A stretch of 64,000 bases of DNA from Saprolegnia diclina VS20. Lineage: Eukaryota. The translations under genes were made by a program, and so were the position numbers. Of the stretch, positions 12,004 to 25,601 are shown one piece after another. The notes below the pieces were generated by a model that saw only the letters and a list, made by a program, of their open reading frames with translations, had not been told where the DNA came from and made no database searches. The stretch spans positions 343,762 to 407,761 of the forward strand of contig NW_008246105.1 of NCBI RefSeq assembly GCF_000281045.1, read 5' to 3'. The first letter of the stretch is position 1. Each line of letters starts with the position of its first letter.

Positions 12004-13162
12004 CTATCGACTGTCGACGGTGAAAATCGTGTGCCCGAGGTCCTTCTTTTGTCACGCATTCAAAAGCCACAGGACGTTGGCTCACCAGGTAAGCTCTTGT
12101 CAATGCCGAGGATCGCTATGTCCTCATGTACAGCATGTAATTGCTATGGTCTACGTCGTCGAGGACCGCAGACACATCGAGCACGACCGGTGAGGTACCA
12201 GTAACGCTTTGAGCAGCGTCGCAGCCATCGCGCACCGGCGCAGAAGAGGGTCGCGGGGTTGTCGCTCCAGCACTGGATGGTAGCTCCCGACGTCGGGGCA
12301 GCTCAGACCTCAGCCATCGGTGCTGTAGCGGTAGAAAGGTCACTGCTTACGTTGGTCGTTTATGCGCACTGAGCGCTGTAATCGATCTGCCCGGACAAAC
12401 GGCTTCAACGACAACCCGCTGCGAACGTCTGTCGCCTCATATCTGTTGCTGGATCCAGGTAGCAAGCAATCGGCATGGCTCGCTGTACCCGCTTGCATCG
12501 GTTGCACCGTCTTGTCTCGAATGAAGATCCGCGAGAGAGATGATCGTGCGCTGCGCCTTTTTCCTTGGTCGGACACGCGCGTCTGGCAGCTTGTTTGTCA
12601 GCCTCAATGGCGCGACGTCGAAGATTTTCCGAGCCGATCGCGCACAGTACACGTCCAAGCGCGAGACGAATAGCCCGACTGGTGATGAGCACATCAAAGC
12701 ACATATTGGGAAGTTACGGTAACGTCAAAATTCATGACAAAGTGGACCACAGTGTCCCACTCGGTTCCTGTCTCCAGCTTCTTGTGCGCCGTGGTAGGAT
12801 AGCAAGTACGAGGCTCCAAGTTTCACTCTGGTCACAACGTCCAAGCGGCTCGGTCGTGGTGTTGGTCCACGCACAGGAAAATGAGTTGCGACAGGGCGTC
12901 GTGATAACACATACAGCCCTCATGCACGTCGTGAGATGTTTGTGAGATTGCACACTGCACGCGCCTCTTTCTGCACGGTGAAGCGTCCTGTGAGTTGTAT
13001 GTTGAAGTTGACTGGGCCGCCATGGGCCCCCTTCTGTGGCGGAGGCGGTGTGGTCGTGTGCATGAAGCACTCGGGGAATAAGTATGGTTTCTTACGATGA
13101 CCGCGGTCGGCGGCCAAGCGAGAGAATAATAATAAATACTATGACTAACACTACGATCGCGT

Positions 13163-13627
13163 CTACTCTTCCTTCTTGCTCTCCGTGATCGGACGCAGCG
13201 GGTACTCGTTCCAGCGCGGGCGGCGCTTGTTGCGCACCATGTGCATCGTCATCGGGATCATCTTGCCCGACACGAGTGCGGACGTCGCGCGGGTCTCCTT
13301 GTAGCAGTCGGGGATCTCGACCACCGGGTGGTGCTTCTTCATGAGCGTGTTGAGCTTGCGCACAAACTTGTTTTGGTCGCCGTGGACAAGAATGTCGTGT
13401 TGGATCAAGAGCTCCTTGAAGAGACGCAGCTTGGTGTCAATGTCGTCGTCCGACGAGTCGGAGAACGAGTTGGACTTGTGCGGCACGCGGGGGCTCATTT
13501 CACTCTCGCTCGCCGTCTCGTCGTGGTCCATCGGGACCGAGAGGGCCTTCTTGCGGCCAAAGAGCTTGCCCTTGGGCTTTTGCTCGTCGACGTCGTGACG
13601 GAAGATCTTCTTGAGGTTGATGCCCAT
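13163..13627 (-). CDS. Hypothetical protein (~154 aa)
   Basis: Intronless ORF MGINLKKIFRHDVDEQK...ITESKKEE with strong C/G third-position bias. An Inr-like sequence and several CCAAT boxes lie upstream (13810-13990). No family recognised. Confidence 0.75.
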   Translation of the reverse strand: MGINLKKIFRHDVDEQKPKGKLFGRKKALSVPMDHDETASESEMSPRVPHKSNSFSDSSDDDIDTKLRLFKELLIQHDILVHGDQNKFVRKLNTLMKKHHPVVEIPDCYKETRATSALVSGKMIPMTMHMVRNKRRPRWNEYPLRPITESKKEE

Positions 13628-15398
13628 GGCGGTGTGCACTTTGGTGAAGTGGGCGAATCGGGAAATGGTTCTGGCAACTGACGGCCGCAGCGATGCATAA
13701 AAGAGATGGGTGGTGATGTTTGTGCAGCACAACTCGAAGCTGCTGCATGCGACATGCACTGGCGCGTCTAGGTTCCTTGTCACATTTTTTCGAATCTCGC
13801 ACAGCAATTAGCCAAAATAGAATGACCACGCAGTCTATTTGGCCAATGAAATTGCTGCTGTCGCCGGCGTGGCCAAGGCATACAAATTCCAAGAGAGTCG
13901 TGCAGCCACCAAATGGCGCCCGTCCAGCGCGCGCGCCAATGACGCAAACTGCACATCCCCATTTTATCTTGCAAAATGTATTGGACGCCCGCGACCGAAT
14001 CTGGCCCCGTCGACGGTACACGCGACACCTTTTGTCCCAACCCTTTTTCCCACTTTATCCCAGACCGTTTGTTTTGCCCCATCCCTTCCCAATACAGGAA
14101 GGACTTGGTTCGCGAGTAAATCCCATTTCGGGCGAGCAATTGCCCACGAAGGGTGAAGGTGATGGAAGATTCTCCTGGCATATCAGAAGGTGAGTATACC
14201 ATACAAGACGAGGGCTGCTCTTGGCGTTACTTCAACAAGTGCAAAGATCAAGTAGGGCCGATTACACCCCCTTCTGCGCACGGCACCAGCAGTGTGGTAC
14301 TGGTACTGTACTTCAATGTGGCAGTCGCAGTCGATGAAGCCGTCAAGGGCCAACAAAGCTTTGGCAAAACGCAGGAGACAGCAGCAAACGCGGTGAGCGA
14401 GCACACTGACAGCGCCCAGCCACCCGTTGAGCCCTTGGCAGTAACACCAGGCGGAGCCTCGCCTTTGCGGAAACTGGACTTCCACGTGGCGTCCTGCAAC
14501 GTGGACAGTGACACGGTGTCTGGTTGTTGGCGCAGCGCCAAAGAGCGGTGCGCTCGGCGCGGAAGTGATGGAGGAAAGACAATAGAGGTCGCTCTCTTCA
14601 AGCACGTCGCATTCGACGATGGACGAGAAGCTTCTTTGGGCGCCGGGCGATGCCAGAGTGACACAAAAGGACAGTTTGACCATGATCACCACAAGCCATT
14701 AAGCGGCCATTGCGCTGCAACGCGTGCGCCAAGGCACGCAGACCAGGTACTTGAAATGATGTACGCGCTACCGGGCTCACGTTAGGCCCTTTTGAGCCAA
14801 AACCGAGCAAGGAGTCGATTTACCGTGCGTGAACCTTGGATGTGGATGCACCGTGTCGTTTTTAGCTGCAAGTGCGCATCCTGGCGGTGGTTGATCGAAG
14901 CGCCAGCTGGACGCTCGATCTCCTTCGATCCCCTTCGGAGAGGAGAGCGTACTTGGTTGTCGAACGACCTGCGTCACTTGCCCGAGCCGGGTGCAAGTTT
15001 GAACTTGCAAAAGTCTCTCACTGAGAGACTTTTCGGAACCTGGATTGCAGTCAAATGGAGGCTGAATGGTCCTCGCCACGCTGTCCATCGTGCTGCAAAC
15101 GGAGCACGGCAAGGATCTTTTGGTAGAAAGAGCTACCGGTAGGGTAGTTTGAGATCGGCGCTTCTATCGACCCAAAGTCTTCTGGGTTTAATCAATGGAC
15201 ACCTTGGTTCCCCATTGTCAGTGTCACTAGGCTCTTCATACAATCATAGTATCGCCACCTCACAGTCGCAAGGTGCCTTTGCTCAACAAGCGCTGAATGC
15301 CGCCCCTTTTTCACCGTGTTGTATTTCGAACCAAACGCATAGCTGTAGGCGTCGGTGGACCAGATGTATGTACACATTTTCACAATTACATAGTCGAC

Positions 15399-18300
15399 TT
15401 AGGATTTACGGGACGACTTGAAGAGCTTTCGCCGCGCGTTCGGCGGGCTAGTCTTTTTGGCGCTGCTCAGCGTCGACTTTGCCGGCACAAAGATCTTGGC
15501 CTCGCCCGTCGGCGCCTTGTACTCGGGGTGTGTGCCCTTGACGTTGAACGTCCATTGCATCTCGTCCGTGAGGATCACGAGCTGGCCCGAGCACATCTTG
15601 CCATAGCCCGTCGGCGTAAACGCAATCGAAAACGACGTGCCTTCGGTCCCATACGGCGCCAAGATGCCCTCCACCGGGTAGACCTAGTCGTTTTGTCGAT
15701 ACCATCCTGACATTCGGTCTCGCACCGTGAACGCCTGGGACGAGCCCGCCGTGAACTCGGCCTGGAACGGCGCGGGCTCGCGGAACTGGTTGGTGAGCTT
15801 GAACGCGACCGAAGACGTCTGGTTGAGCGCCGACTCGATCGTGAGCATGTCATCCACCACCGGGTCGGACGCGTCCAAGTGCACGTCAAAGCGCCACATG
15901 CCGCCAGAGCGCTTCTTGACAATGAGCCCGACGGCGAGGCGAATGGGTTTGAGCGGATCGAACCGCACCTACCGCGACACCACGTCCGTTTATATAAAGA
16001 CAACTTGTCTTCGAAGCGTACAAGGTAGACGAGCGGGTCCGTGACATTCGCGATGCGGTCCACGACCGGCGTCACTTTGAGCGTGCGCTCGACGACCCGC
16101 GCATGGGGCTCGGGAATGTCCCACTCGACCGTAAAGCGCTCGTCTGGCGACACCTTTTCGAGCGCCAGCAGCTCCAGCGACAGCGTCTTCTCGACCGACT
16201 CGCGCGCGCGACACACAAACGAGTAGGCTTTGGGGTGCACGGGCGCGGCCGCAATGCCCTAGAGTTAGTGTATCAAGTTTGTATCAACCAGCTCGAAGGA
16301 TGGTACGCGGATCGGATAGACCCACTCGAGCTCCGTGTCGCCTTTGATGATGATGTGCGCGCCGGCCTCGGACACGTACTTGGGCAAGAACGAGATGGGC
16401 ACTTGCAGCGTGCCAAAGCCCTCGAGGAGCACATGGGGCTTCTTGAGGAGGATGTCAAACACGGGCGGCCGCACGGGGGCCGGCGGGCGGTGTCGCTGGC
16501 GGCTCGGATTCGCCGTCGTGCCGGCAACGCTGTTGCTCGTGCTCGGCACCTTGTCACTACTCCACCATCCTCGTTGAAGAAGAGTGAGTATACGCAGCGA
16601 GTTGACCTTTTCGTTACGAGCGGTGGGTTGCCATCATCGATCGTCGGGTCGAGCTGCACCATGGTGACTTCAACGGTGAGCGCGTCAGGGAACGGGTTAC
16701 GAAAAGCAAAGAGCGAGCTCGCGGCTTCGCCAACGGTCGCGTGCACCTACAGTCCGCTCGTCTTTGCCTCTCTTCCCACACCCGTACCAGCGTCGTCTTC
16801 ATCAAGCTCGGCGGCTTGCCTTTGCCCTGGACCATGTACTCCCACGCACCAACGTCCGGGTTGCGGAACGTAATGTCAGCGCACTCAAACTCCGAGAGAC
16901 TCGACGGCGTGTAGTCGAGGATCGCCGTGTATGTACTAAACGGCTTGACGACGATGTCCATGTCGCGGATGCGGTAGTTGCGCGTGTTGCTCAGTTGCAC
17001 ATCGAGCGAGAACGTACTGTCCATGGGGTTGACGATCGAAATCGGCTGCGAACACACGTCGCCGACCGCGCACGACATGTCTTCGAGCTGCGTCGGCGGC
17101 GCAGGCGTCGCGTGAAGCGCGAGCACATAGGAAAATTCGCCCACGTCTTCGTTCGTAAAGCCGATGGACCCGACAGTGCTGCCGGCGACGAGCGGGCAGT
17201 AGAGCAGCTGGTAGATGCCCGTCTCTTCCGCGTCCAAGCGAAACTCGCTCGGGCCGTAGAGACCCGCGCCGACAAGGCGAATCGTGAACGTCACGGCGTG
17301 CGAGAGCGGATTCTGGAGGCTGATCTCCATACCGACGGCGGACCGGACAGCCGCGTGCATCTCGAGCGTCGCCTCGGGCTCGGGCGCCGCGACGCTCGCT
17401 TCGATCGTGTACCACGAGTACTCGCCCGTGCGGGTGTTGGTAAACGTGATGCTGCCAAAGTACGAACCACCGAGGAGCGGGCTAAAGAGAAGCTTGTACT
17501 GCGCAGTCGAGTTGGGGCCGTCGAGGACGATGGTCGGAGCCCCCCCGACGTACGGCAGGTCCGATTCGACGCTGAACGATGTCGGCCCTGGCGGGTCGTA
17601 CCGATACGTCTGCACGTCAAACTCGTGCGCGACGCTTTGCCGCGCGACGCACGAAAGCACAACGTGCTGCACCGCGAGGGGCTCTTCGCCGACACCCCCG
17701 AGCATAAACTCGAACGATTGCTCCGTCTTGGGATTGGTGAGGACAAGGCTGCCATTCTCGGTCACGAGCCACTGCGGCTTGAAGATGAGCGCAAAGTTGG
17801 CGGTCTTGCCTGCTGGCACGACAAGCGTCGACGCGCCGGAGAAGACGCCTTGGGTCCTACGAGCTCCCATATCGATTCAGGAAGAAGCGGGAATCTTGGG
17901 TGTACCCGCTGAGCGTCGCGCGGAGGGTCCATGCTTCGTCCGTCGGGTTGATAATTGGGATCTCTTGGGTAATGGTCTGTCGCGCCGGAGCGGAAAATTC
18001 GAGCGTCGTCTTGACGCCGGCGTCGTTGACTTTGGCGAGAATCTCGTAGACGCGGATGTCGCTGCCGCAGTTGGCCGTCGACCGGAGGAGGAGCTTGCAC
18101 GCGTAGAGGCCGGCGCCGCGCGGCTGAAAGTCGAACGCCACTGAATTGAGCGACGGGTGCGGCAGCGTTCCGGCGCTGTTGCGGGGCGTGCTGAGCTTGG
18201 CTTGGGCCGGCGTCGCGGCGGCGTTGGCGGCCGTATTGCTGCTGGCGCGCTTTTCGTTCTCGAGCGCGCTGTTGCTCGCCGGCTTGAGCACAATGTCGGT

Positions 18301-21300
18301 GGACGAGAGCACGTAGTAGGGCGAGTTGACTTCAATGTGAAAGTTGGTGTGGTGTGCGTCCTCGCACTTCTTGAGCGACTCGCGTAGCTTGGCCTTGAGA
18401 ATGCCCTGGAAGCGGTCGATGATGCACGCCACCGCCTTGGTCAGGAGTGGGTTCTTGGCCGGCACAGTGAGCTCCTTGAGCAAATGCGGCTTGTTCTCGC
18501 AAGTAAACTCGAGGGTCTCGAGCACGGGCGGCAAGTGGGCGGTGCACTGGACTTCGTACATGAACTCGCCGACGTTCTCATCGAGGAAGAGCAGCTGGCA
18601 TTTGTACGTGCCGGGCTGCAGCGGAATGAACTCGACTTTGATGGACGTGGATGCGTCTTTTCGAATCGCAATCGTGTCGGTGGTCACTTCGGGGAGGAAG
18701 AACGGCAGCTGTGCGTCCATGCAGCCGTCGTCGCTGCTCATTTTCGAGAGGATCGTGGTCGCGCTCGCATCGTGGCGGGCCGGCGCTTGCTGCAGCACCG
18801 AGAGCTTGTAGACGCCGTTGACAGGAAACTGATTCTCAATCACGATCTCTTCGAGCTTGCGGTCGTACAACGTCGTGTCAAACTGGTAGACGCGGACCGG
18901 CTTCCTCGAGTAAATGTTGGACTCGAGCAAAAACACCATGGTCGCTGCGCAGGACGGACCGTCGCGCACGGACCGGAACGTCAAGCGAGCAGTCACCGTG
19001 CGGGTAAACTTGGGCTTGAGGTCCACGACGAACGTCGCGCTCTTCTCTGGCTCGAGCGTGAGGGTGTGGGCGGAAATGCTAAACTCGCGCACTTGGCCTT
19101 CGAGAAAGACGTCGTACACGATGGTCTTCTTGCTCGGGTTCTTGAGCTCAATGCTCTTGGTGATCGTTTGGCCCAAAATGCCCTTGAACTCGATCGTGGT
19201 TTTCGGGATGAACTGCGGCACGTTCTGGTACAGGTGCAAGACGAGCAAGACCGTCGACGGCAGCGAGAGCGAGCAGAGGAGGTCGGGCGCGAGGCCGTAG
19301 TCCAAGCCCAGGAGACTGAGCGCGTTGCGCAACGACGACGCGTTCTCGAGCACGTGCTCGGGCGTCGTTGGGTTGCGGTGGAAGCCGTAGAGAGGCCCGG
19401 CCTCGGCGGCCAGCGACGGTACGTGCGATATAAGAACGTAGGACAGAACGACGCAGTCGCGGAGGTCGGTCTCCAAGTCGACAATGAGCCGGGGCTCGGA
19501 CACGGTGGCCGCGCGCTTGGCGTGGTGGAGCAGCCACTGGATGAGCACCATCTCGGATTCGCTGTAGACATTGCTTTTCGTGCAGTCGCGCGTCTAGATT
19601 ATCGCATGCGAATTCATACTAGCGTTACAAGTGGCGTCGGTGTACCATGACGGCGAGCGGCTTGAGCGCCGTCGCGGCCTCAATGCCCGGGAGGTTCTGG
19701 AACGACTTCATCGAGATCCGAAAGAGCACAAAGCACTTGATAACTTGATAGACGATTTTGAGCCACACGTGGACGCTGACGCGGGCATAGTCCTTCTCGA
19801 GCGTCGCCCGGCGGTTGATGCTCGAGTGCGCCGAGTGCGTCGACCCGTCGTCTTCCATCCAGCGAATGTACATGTCTTGGTCGAGGAGCTGCTCGGGACG
19901 AAGGTCGTTCAGGAGCGCGCCGTAGCTCTTGAGGAACCGGAGCAGCTCCGTGTACTGGCCCATGAGCTGCTGCAACTGCTCTTTCTTGAGCCCCGAGACA
20001 CTCTTGAGTCGCCCGGGCACGCTTTTGCCACATACAACGTCGAGCATCTCGTAGACGGGCCGGCCGGCCGCCGAGACCTACAGTTGTCGTTGGGACACGT
20101 TCTTTCACACGACAATACTGTACAATGTCATGCGGAAACGACACGATCGGGGTCTTGAGAATGTTCATGTTGAGCCATTTCACGAGGAGCGTGATTTCTT
20201 CCGGGCGGAGCTCGTGCAACGACGGCGCATGGTACAGCTTCCCACTCACGTCCACGTACCCTCCGGGGGCGGGGGCCGTGTCGCCGACGGGGGCGGCGGA
20301 GACGCCTTTGACAGCGCGCTTCTTGCTCACGGCGGGCGTCACTTGTCGCTTCATCGGACTCACCGGCTCTTTGAGCGGCGCGGCGGCAGCGGCCGTGCGC
20401 TTGGCGAGTAGTTTGAGTTGCGTTTTTTCGAGAAAGTAGATGGGGTGACGCGCCTCCATGTCCGTGTAGAAGACGTACTCGGCGCGGTGCGCGTCGATAA
20501 ACGCGGCGTTGGTGAGCACGCAGTTGTCGGTCGAACCGCTCAGCGCCAGGTCAAACTCGTTTCCTTCGGCGTCAAAGAACTCGAGCTTGGCGTTGAACGC
20601 GATCGACTTGAGACTGCAAAACGACACGTCGACCTGAATGCGCGGGTTGGCGATCCCGATCGCCTTGCCGTCCGGAAACGTCACGGTGATGGGCACGCGG
20701 TTGAGGTCGATCGGAAGCCGATAGCTCAGGTCCAAGTTGTCATACCTACCACACGGATTTGTATCAATCTTTCAAAAGATATGTACCCGGTGCTGGTCAC
20801 GAAGAAGGACGCCGACGACGCGACACCGAGCGGGACGGGCGGCAAGTCGATGCGCGGCACCGAGAAGCTCAGGTGCGGGTGGATGCCTTGACCGACCATC
20901 GTCAGCGTCAAGTAGGGTAAATCGTCCAGAAGCACGGGAATGTCGGCCGTGTACGCCTCGGCTTCGACCGGAAGAAAGCTGGCGCGCACGGTGCACTTGT
21001 CGCCGGCCGCGAGCTCGCCCGACTAGCCAGTGCCGCATCGCAAGAGTCCCTCAAAGAAGCGGCATATGCAAATACGTACCGACGGCGCAATGTGAAACAC
21101 CGAGGGACTTGACCGCATGAGAGTCGTCAGGTCCATGTGCCATTTGATCGTGTTCGGGTCGTCGTTGGTTAAAACGAGCGACACCGAATACGGAATCTTG
21201 CGCGCATTGTCGGTCGCGACCACGCGCTTCTCAAAGTCGAGCGTCGTCGAAGAGAAGAGCAGCCGCGGCTTGAGCCCTGTGGCCGTCACGACGCGGTCGA

Positions 21301-24300
21301 ACGGGTCGCTGCGCACTAAGAGGCCTTCGAATTGCATCGGAAACGGAAACGCGTGCGACGCTATGACGTCGGGCAGAAACGTGAGCTCGAGCGCCACGGA
21401 CGCCTCCGGTGGCAGCACGAGGCGCCAGTTGCGCGTCGGCGTCGCGTCAGATAGTGGGTCGAGCGGCCCAAACACGCCATGGACGTCGTCAATGCTCGGG
21501 TTGAGCGACTGGGGCATCACGACGTTGAACTCGGGCGTCTTCTCAAACAGGAGCTCGAGATGCGCTGGTACGAGGCTGCGGTTCGCGAGTTGGAGCGCCC
21601 TCGTTGCGTGCACGCCCAGCGTGAGCCCGCCAAACGCAAAGCTCTCGAGCGGCGACTCAAACTCAACCTTGGGTACGACAACGTCGGCTGAAATCGGTAT
21701 CCGAATCGTGCGGCCACCGCGAATACGAACGACGAGGTTGACGCTACTGCCACGTCAGACGCTACTGTACAGCAACAGCAAATTACTTTTCAAGGACGAG
21801 CGGCCGGCGCACGTCGAGGCCCAAGAGGAGCTCGGTCGTGTCGGACGGGAGGAGACAGGCTTCTGCTGGCTTGATGCTCACGCCGTTGGTCGCAGGTTCA
21901 ACCTCCGCATAGTAGACTGTCGGCGCGACCGCGTTTTGGTTGAGGAGCAGCAGTCGCTTCTCCTTGGGAATGCCCGCGGTCGTCGCGCCAAAGTCGATTT
22001 TCTTGTCTTTGATGACGCACTTTGGCTCTGGGAGGTGTCCAACGCAGTGAATTTGGTTGGTTTTGCCTACCGACAAGTCAGCGACCTCGAAGGAACGGTG
22101 TTGAATCTACCGCCGTCGACAAGGACGCAGAGGGTGGCTTGATTCGGGACGCCAAAGCGCGGCGCAAACGTGACGCGGACGCTCGCCGTGCCCCCGGCGG
22201 CGATCGCGCCGGCGACGGGGGTGACTTCAAACGCGCACTGGTCGGCGGCCTCGGGCACCCAGCGGTAGTGCGCTTCCGAGTTGCCAGGGTTCTTGACCTG
22301 CACCGTCGACGAGACCGTGGGCGAGAGGTCGGATGCGTCAAAGGCAAATTCGAGGACAGGTGTCGAGAGCTCGACGCAGATCGGGACGACTTCGGCCACA
22401 ATGAGCAGTTTGAACGAGTGCTGGCCGTTGACCGAGTACTGGACGTACTTTTGAAACACCTGCTCGGCGCGCGAGAAGAAGGTCAAGTCAAAGCCCGCGA
22501 CGGCGCCGGCCGGGACCACTTGGCTCATCGGCGATGTTTGGTGGAGCTCTTCGTGGTCGTTGTTGAAGTGCAGGGCCACGAGAATGTTGTGCGGCAGGTC
22601 GTTCGTGACGCTAAATGATTTCTTCGAGACCGAGTGGACGCACACAAGGCCAAAATGAATCGTTTTCGGACCTAATGCGATAGTTATAGGGCTGGAAGAG
22701 GCTATAGAATCGTACCCGCGACAATGAGCTTGAGCTGCTCGGACGTCAACGTCGTCGCACAGTCCTTGACTTCAGCCTGCGTCACGGGTGCCGCCTTGAA
22801 CTTGCGCTTGATGAGTTTGTTTTCGTCAAACGCGGGGTTGGCGGCCGCGACGCCGCGCCGACTGTTCTGCTCCGACTGCATCCACAGCGGTTCCGTGGCT
22901 TTGGGCAGCGGCAGATCCGGACCTTTGAGCCCGCCCTGGGGCGCCATGTCCAAGTCGGCAGCGTTCTGGTTGCTCGGTGCTGGCACGCTCTTGGCGAACC
23001 GGTCGTGCCGGAACTGCGTCAGTAGCTGGTTGTATGCATCGCGGTGGTGCGCGCGGTCGGCCAGTTCGTTGACGCAGTACGTCAAGTGGGTGTTGTTGGT
23101 GCCTTGAAACTCAAATTCGTCGACGGCCGCCGTGCCTTCTTTGGCGGCCACCTCGTACGGCGGCACGCGCTGGAACGACTTGGTCGGTTGCGTCTTCTGG
23201 AGCTTGACGTCGTCGTGCGTCATAAAGTTGAATTTCGGCCGAAAGTCCTGCGGCAGCGCATCCGGGCCACCGACCAGCGTCTTCGTCTTGGGCCCCATCG
23301 ACGTCGCTGCGCCCGACACTGGAATCGGAATGTGGATCGACCCGTTTTGGATGCTCAGATCCAGTGCATTCTACGTCTATAGTCCAAACGGGGTAGAGAC
23401 ATGGAATTATGTACGCGGAAGCGGCCGAGCTGCGACGGCACAAAGCTCACGATGAGACTTTGCGACTGGAGCACATCGAGGCGACCGCGACTTGGCTGGA
23501 CGCTGAAGTGCGCGAGCTTGGCGATCGCAAAGACGACGGGGAGCGTCGCTTGGTTCTTGACGCTCAAGAGCATGTCGACGCGCGCCCCGGCGGCACACTC
23601 GCCAAAGTCAAAGCACTCGGGCGAAATCGACACGTGCGGCGTCACCGCCTACGCCAGCGCGTCATCCATGCAACACTGGCCTTCGTATTCGTACCGTGCC
23701 CGAGATTTCAATTGTGATGTTTTGGTTGAGCTCGGCGCACTCGACGGACGCAAACGCGCGAAGTGGCCGCCCCTGCGCTTCGAGCGGGTTGTTCTCGGCC
23801 GCCAACGACGGACGCCGCAGTCGCTGCGAGAGCAGCATGCTCGGCTTGTACACGAACGACAAGAGCACGTGGCCATACGGCGGGATGTAGCCCTCGGCCG
23901 GCATCGCCGTGAGCTCCTTCTTCTTTTCCTCATAGTCGCCGCCGTCGTCTTCGGGGCTCGCACTACATGACTCTCGTCACCTCCTACACTAGAGGTGGGA
24001 GCTATCGTACATTTCATCGCCGGCTCGGAAAGGCCGGCCCGTGAGCGAGATGCCCGTCTGAAACCCCACCGGTTGTGGACCGTTGTTGCGCAAGACCGTG
24101 TCGATCTGGCGCGTCTCGCCCGTGTAGAGCATGCCAAAGGGCAGCATCTTGACAGGTTCGTGGACGAGACCGTCGCTGCTCGGAAACACGAGCTCCATCG
24201 TATGCTCCACGACGGTGGCGCTAATGTCGAGGAGCGCCTGCTTGCGGCCTTCGGTGATGCGGATCATCGCAATCGTGCGAAAGCTGCCGAGGTCCCGCGC

Positions 24301-24927
24301 CTGGAAGTCGACCTTGAGCTTCGCCTCGCACTGCGCGGGGATGACGCCGGCTTTCGGCGTGATGGTCAATGGCAGCCCGGCTTCGGTCTCGATTGAAAAG
24401 TGGGCTTCGCGCGCGCCGACGTTGGCGATGTTGACGTACTTGGCCGTGCGCTGGGATAAGACCACCATGCCGAGATCGATGAGCGAGTCGAAGCGCAGCG
24501 CGGGCGACGGCCGGCGCGCCACCTACAACACTGCAATATGAGCGCATGGAAACGGCAAAGTGAGAAAGGCCACCAAGGGAATCTCGATCGGCGCGCTGTT
24601 TTCAACGAGGATGAGCAGCTTGTCGTGGAGGTCGTCGTCGCAACTCTCGGGCAGCGCTTCGAGAAGGAACGACACGTCAAACTTGATGGCGAGGCCCGGC
24701 GACAGCGTCCGCGTCGGGTTGGCCACGAGCGCCAAGTCTTGCTGGTCCAGAAGCACGCGAAAATGGCGCGAGGCTGGCCGCGTGAGCCGGAAGCGCACCG
24801 AGTACCGGCTCGTGTTCTGGACGCTCAGCGCCACGAGGTAGCATGTCATGGCCTCGACGTTGGTAAACTCGATCGACGTCGGCGCGACTGTGACCATCGC
24901 CGCCCGCGACGCCGAGAGCGCTAGCAT
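15399..24927 (-). CDS. CFAP47: Cilia- and flagella-associated protein 47-like (many ASH/Ig-like repeats plus calponin-homology domains), multi-exon
   Basis: Repeated Ig-like 'xdFG...l.l.N...PxxG.i' segments and a CH domain (IQWLLHH...DLETDLRDCVVLSYVLISHVP). The C-terminus FTVxPVEGILAPYGTEGTSFSIAFTPTGYGK...QWTFNVKGTHPEY is typical of CFAP47. Start is 24927 or 24897; exon boundaries are approximate. Confidence 0.85.
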
Positions 24928-25601
24928 CGCACCCAAGAAGATACTGCGTCGCTTCACAAGCCGGCTCGTATCCGGATGCGAACCCCACGTGCGCGCACTT
25001 GCTCGCACATCCGGATCCGAACCCCAGACGCGCGCACGGGCATGCAAAGATCGCTCACGTTGCCTCGGTGGACCAATGACCGACCGCCGCGTCAGCGCGA
25101 CCACTGCATGCACGTGACAAGGGCCAATGCCAATCGACGTCAACCACTTCAACGTCGCCTCTCTAGCGACTTACGCGCACCGGAAGCGCGCGCGTCCGAG
25201 CGACCACGCGTTATGAGCTAGAGCGGGCGAACGACCACAAGCATCAAGCCATGGCCTGGCGTGAGGACAGGGGCCACCACCGCCGTCTGCCACGAGCGAG
25301 GTGCTAGCCGATCCTTTGGCAGCTACCGTACCCCAAGCCTTTCTGCACCCTGCAACGCAGCTGTTGTAGCTACTGCAGCAGTAGGTCCACGGCCATGATG
25401 GGCTCCGGGCCATGCATCTCGGTTGGACGAAGCTGTGGCGCGCGGCGAGCAATCATCTGGTAGCTTGAGGTGCACGGTAACGAATGCGCAATCGGATTGG
25501 CTGAAAAGCAAAGATCGCGCGAATGTGATTGGCTCTGTGTATCCGGAAACAGGTTGCATCCGCGGTGGGAGCCATTTGCATCTTTGCGTGGCCAAGGAAA
25601 G

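Noticed and set aside
12004..15390. ORFs flanking the hypothetical gene (e.g. 14153-14785)
   Set aside because: They lack host codon bias and recognisable domains. They may be decayed repeats, but this is unsupported.
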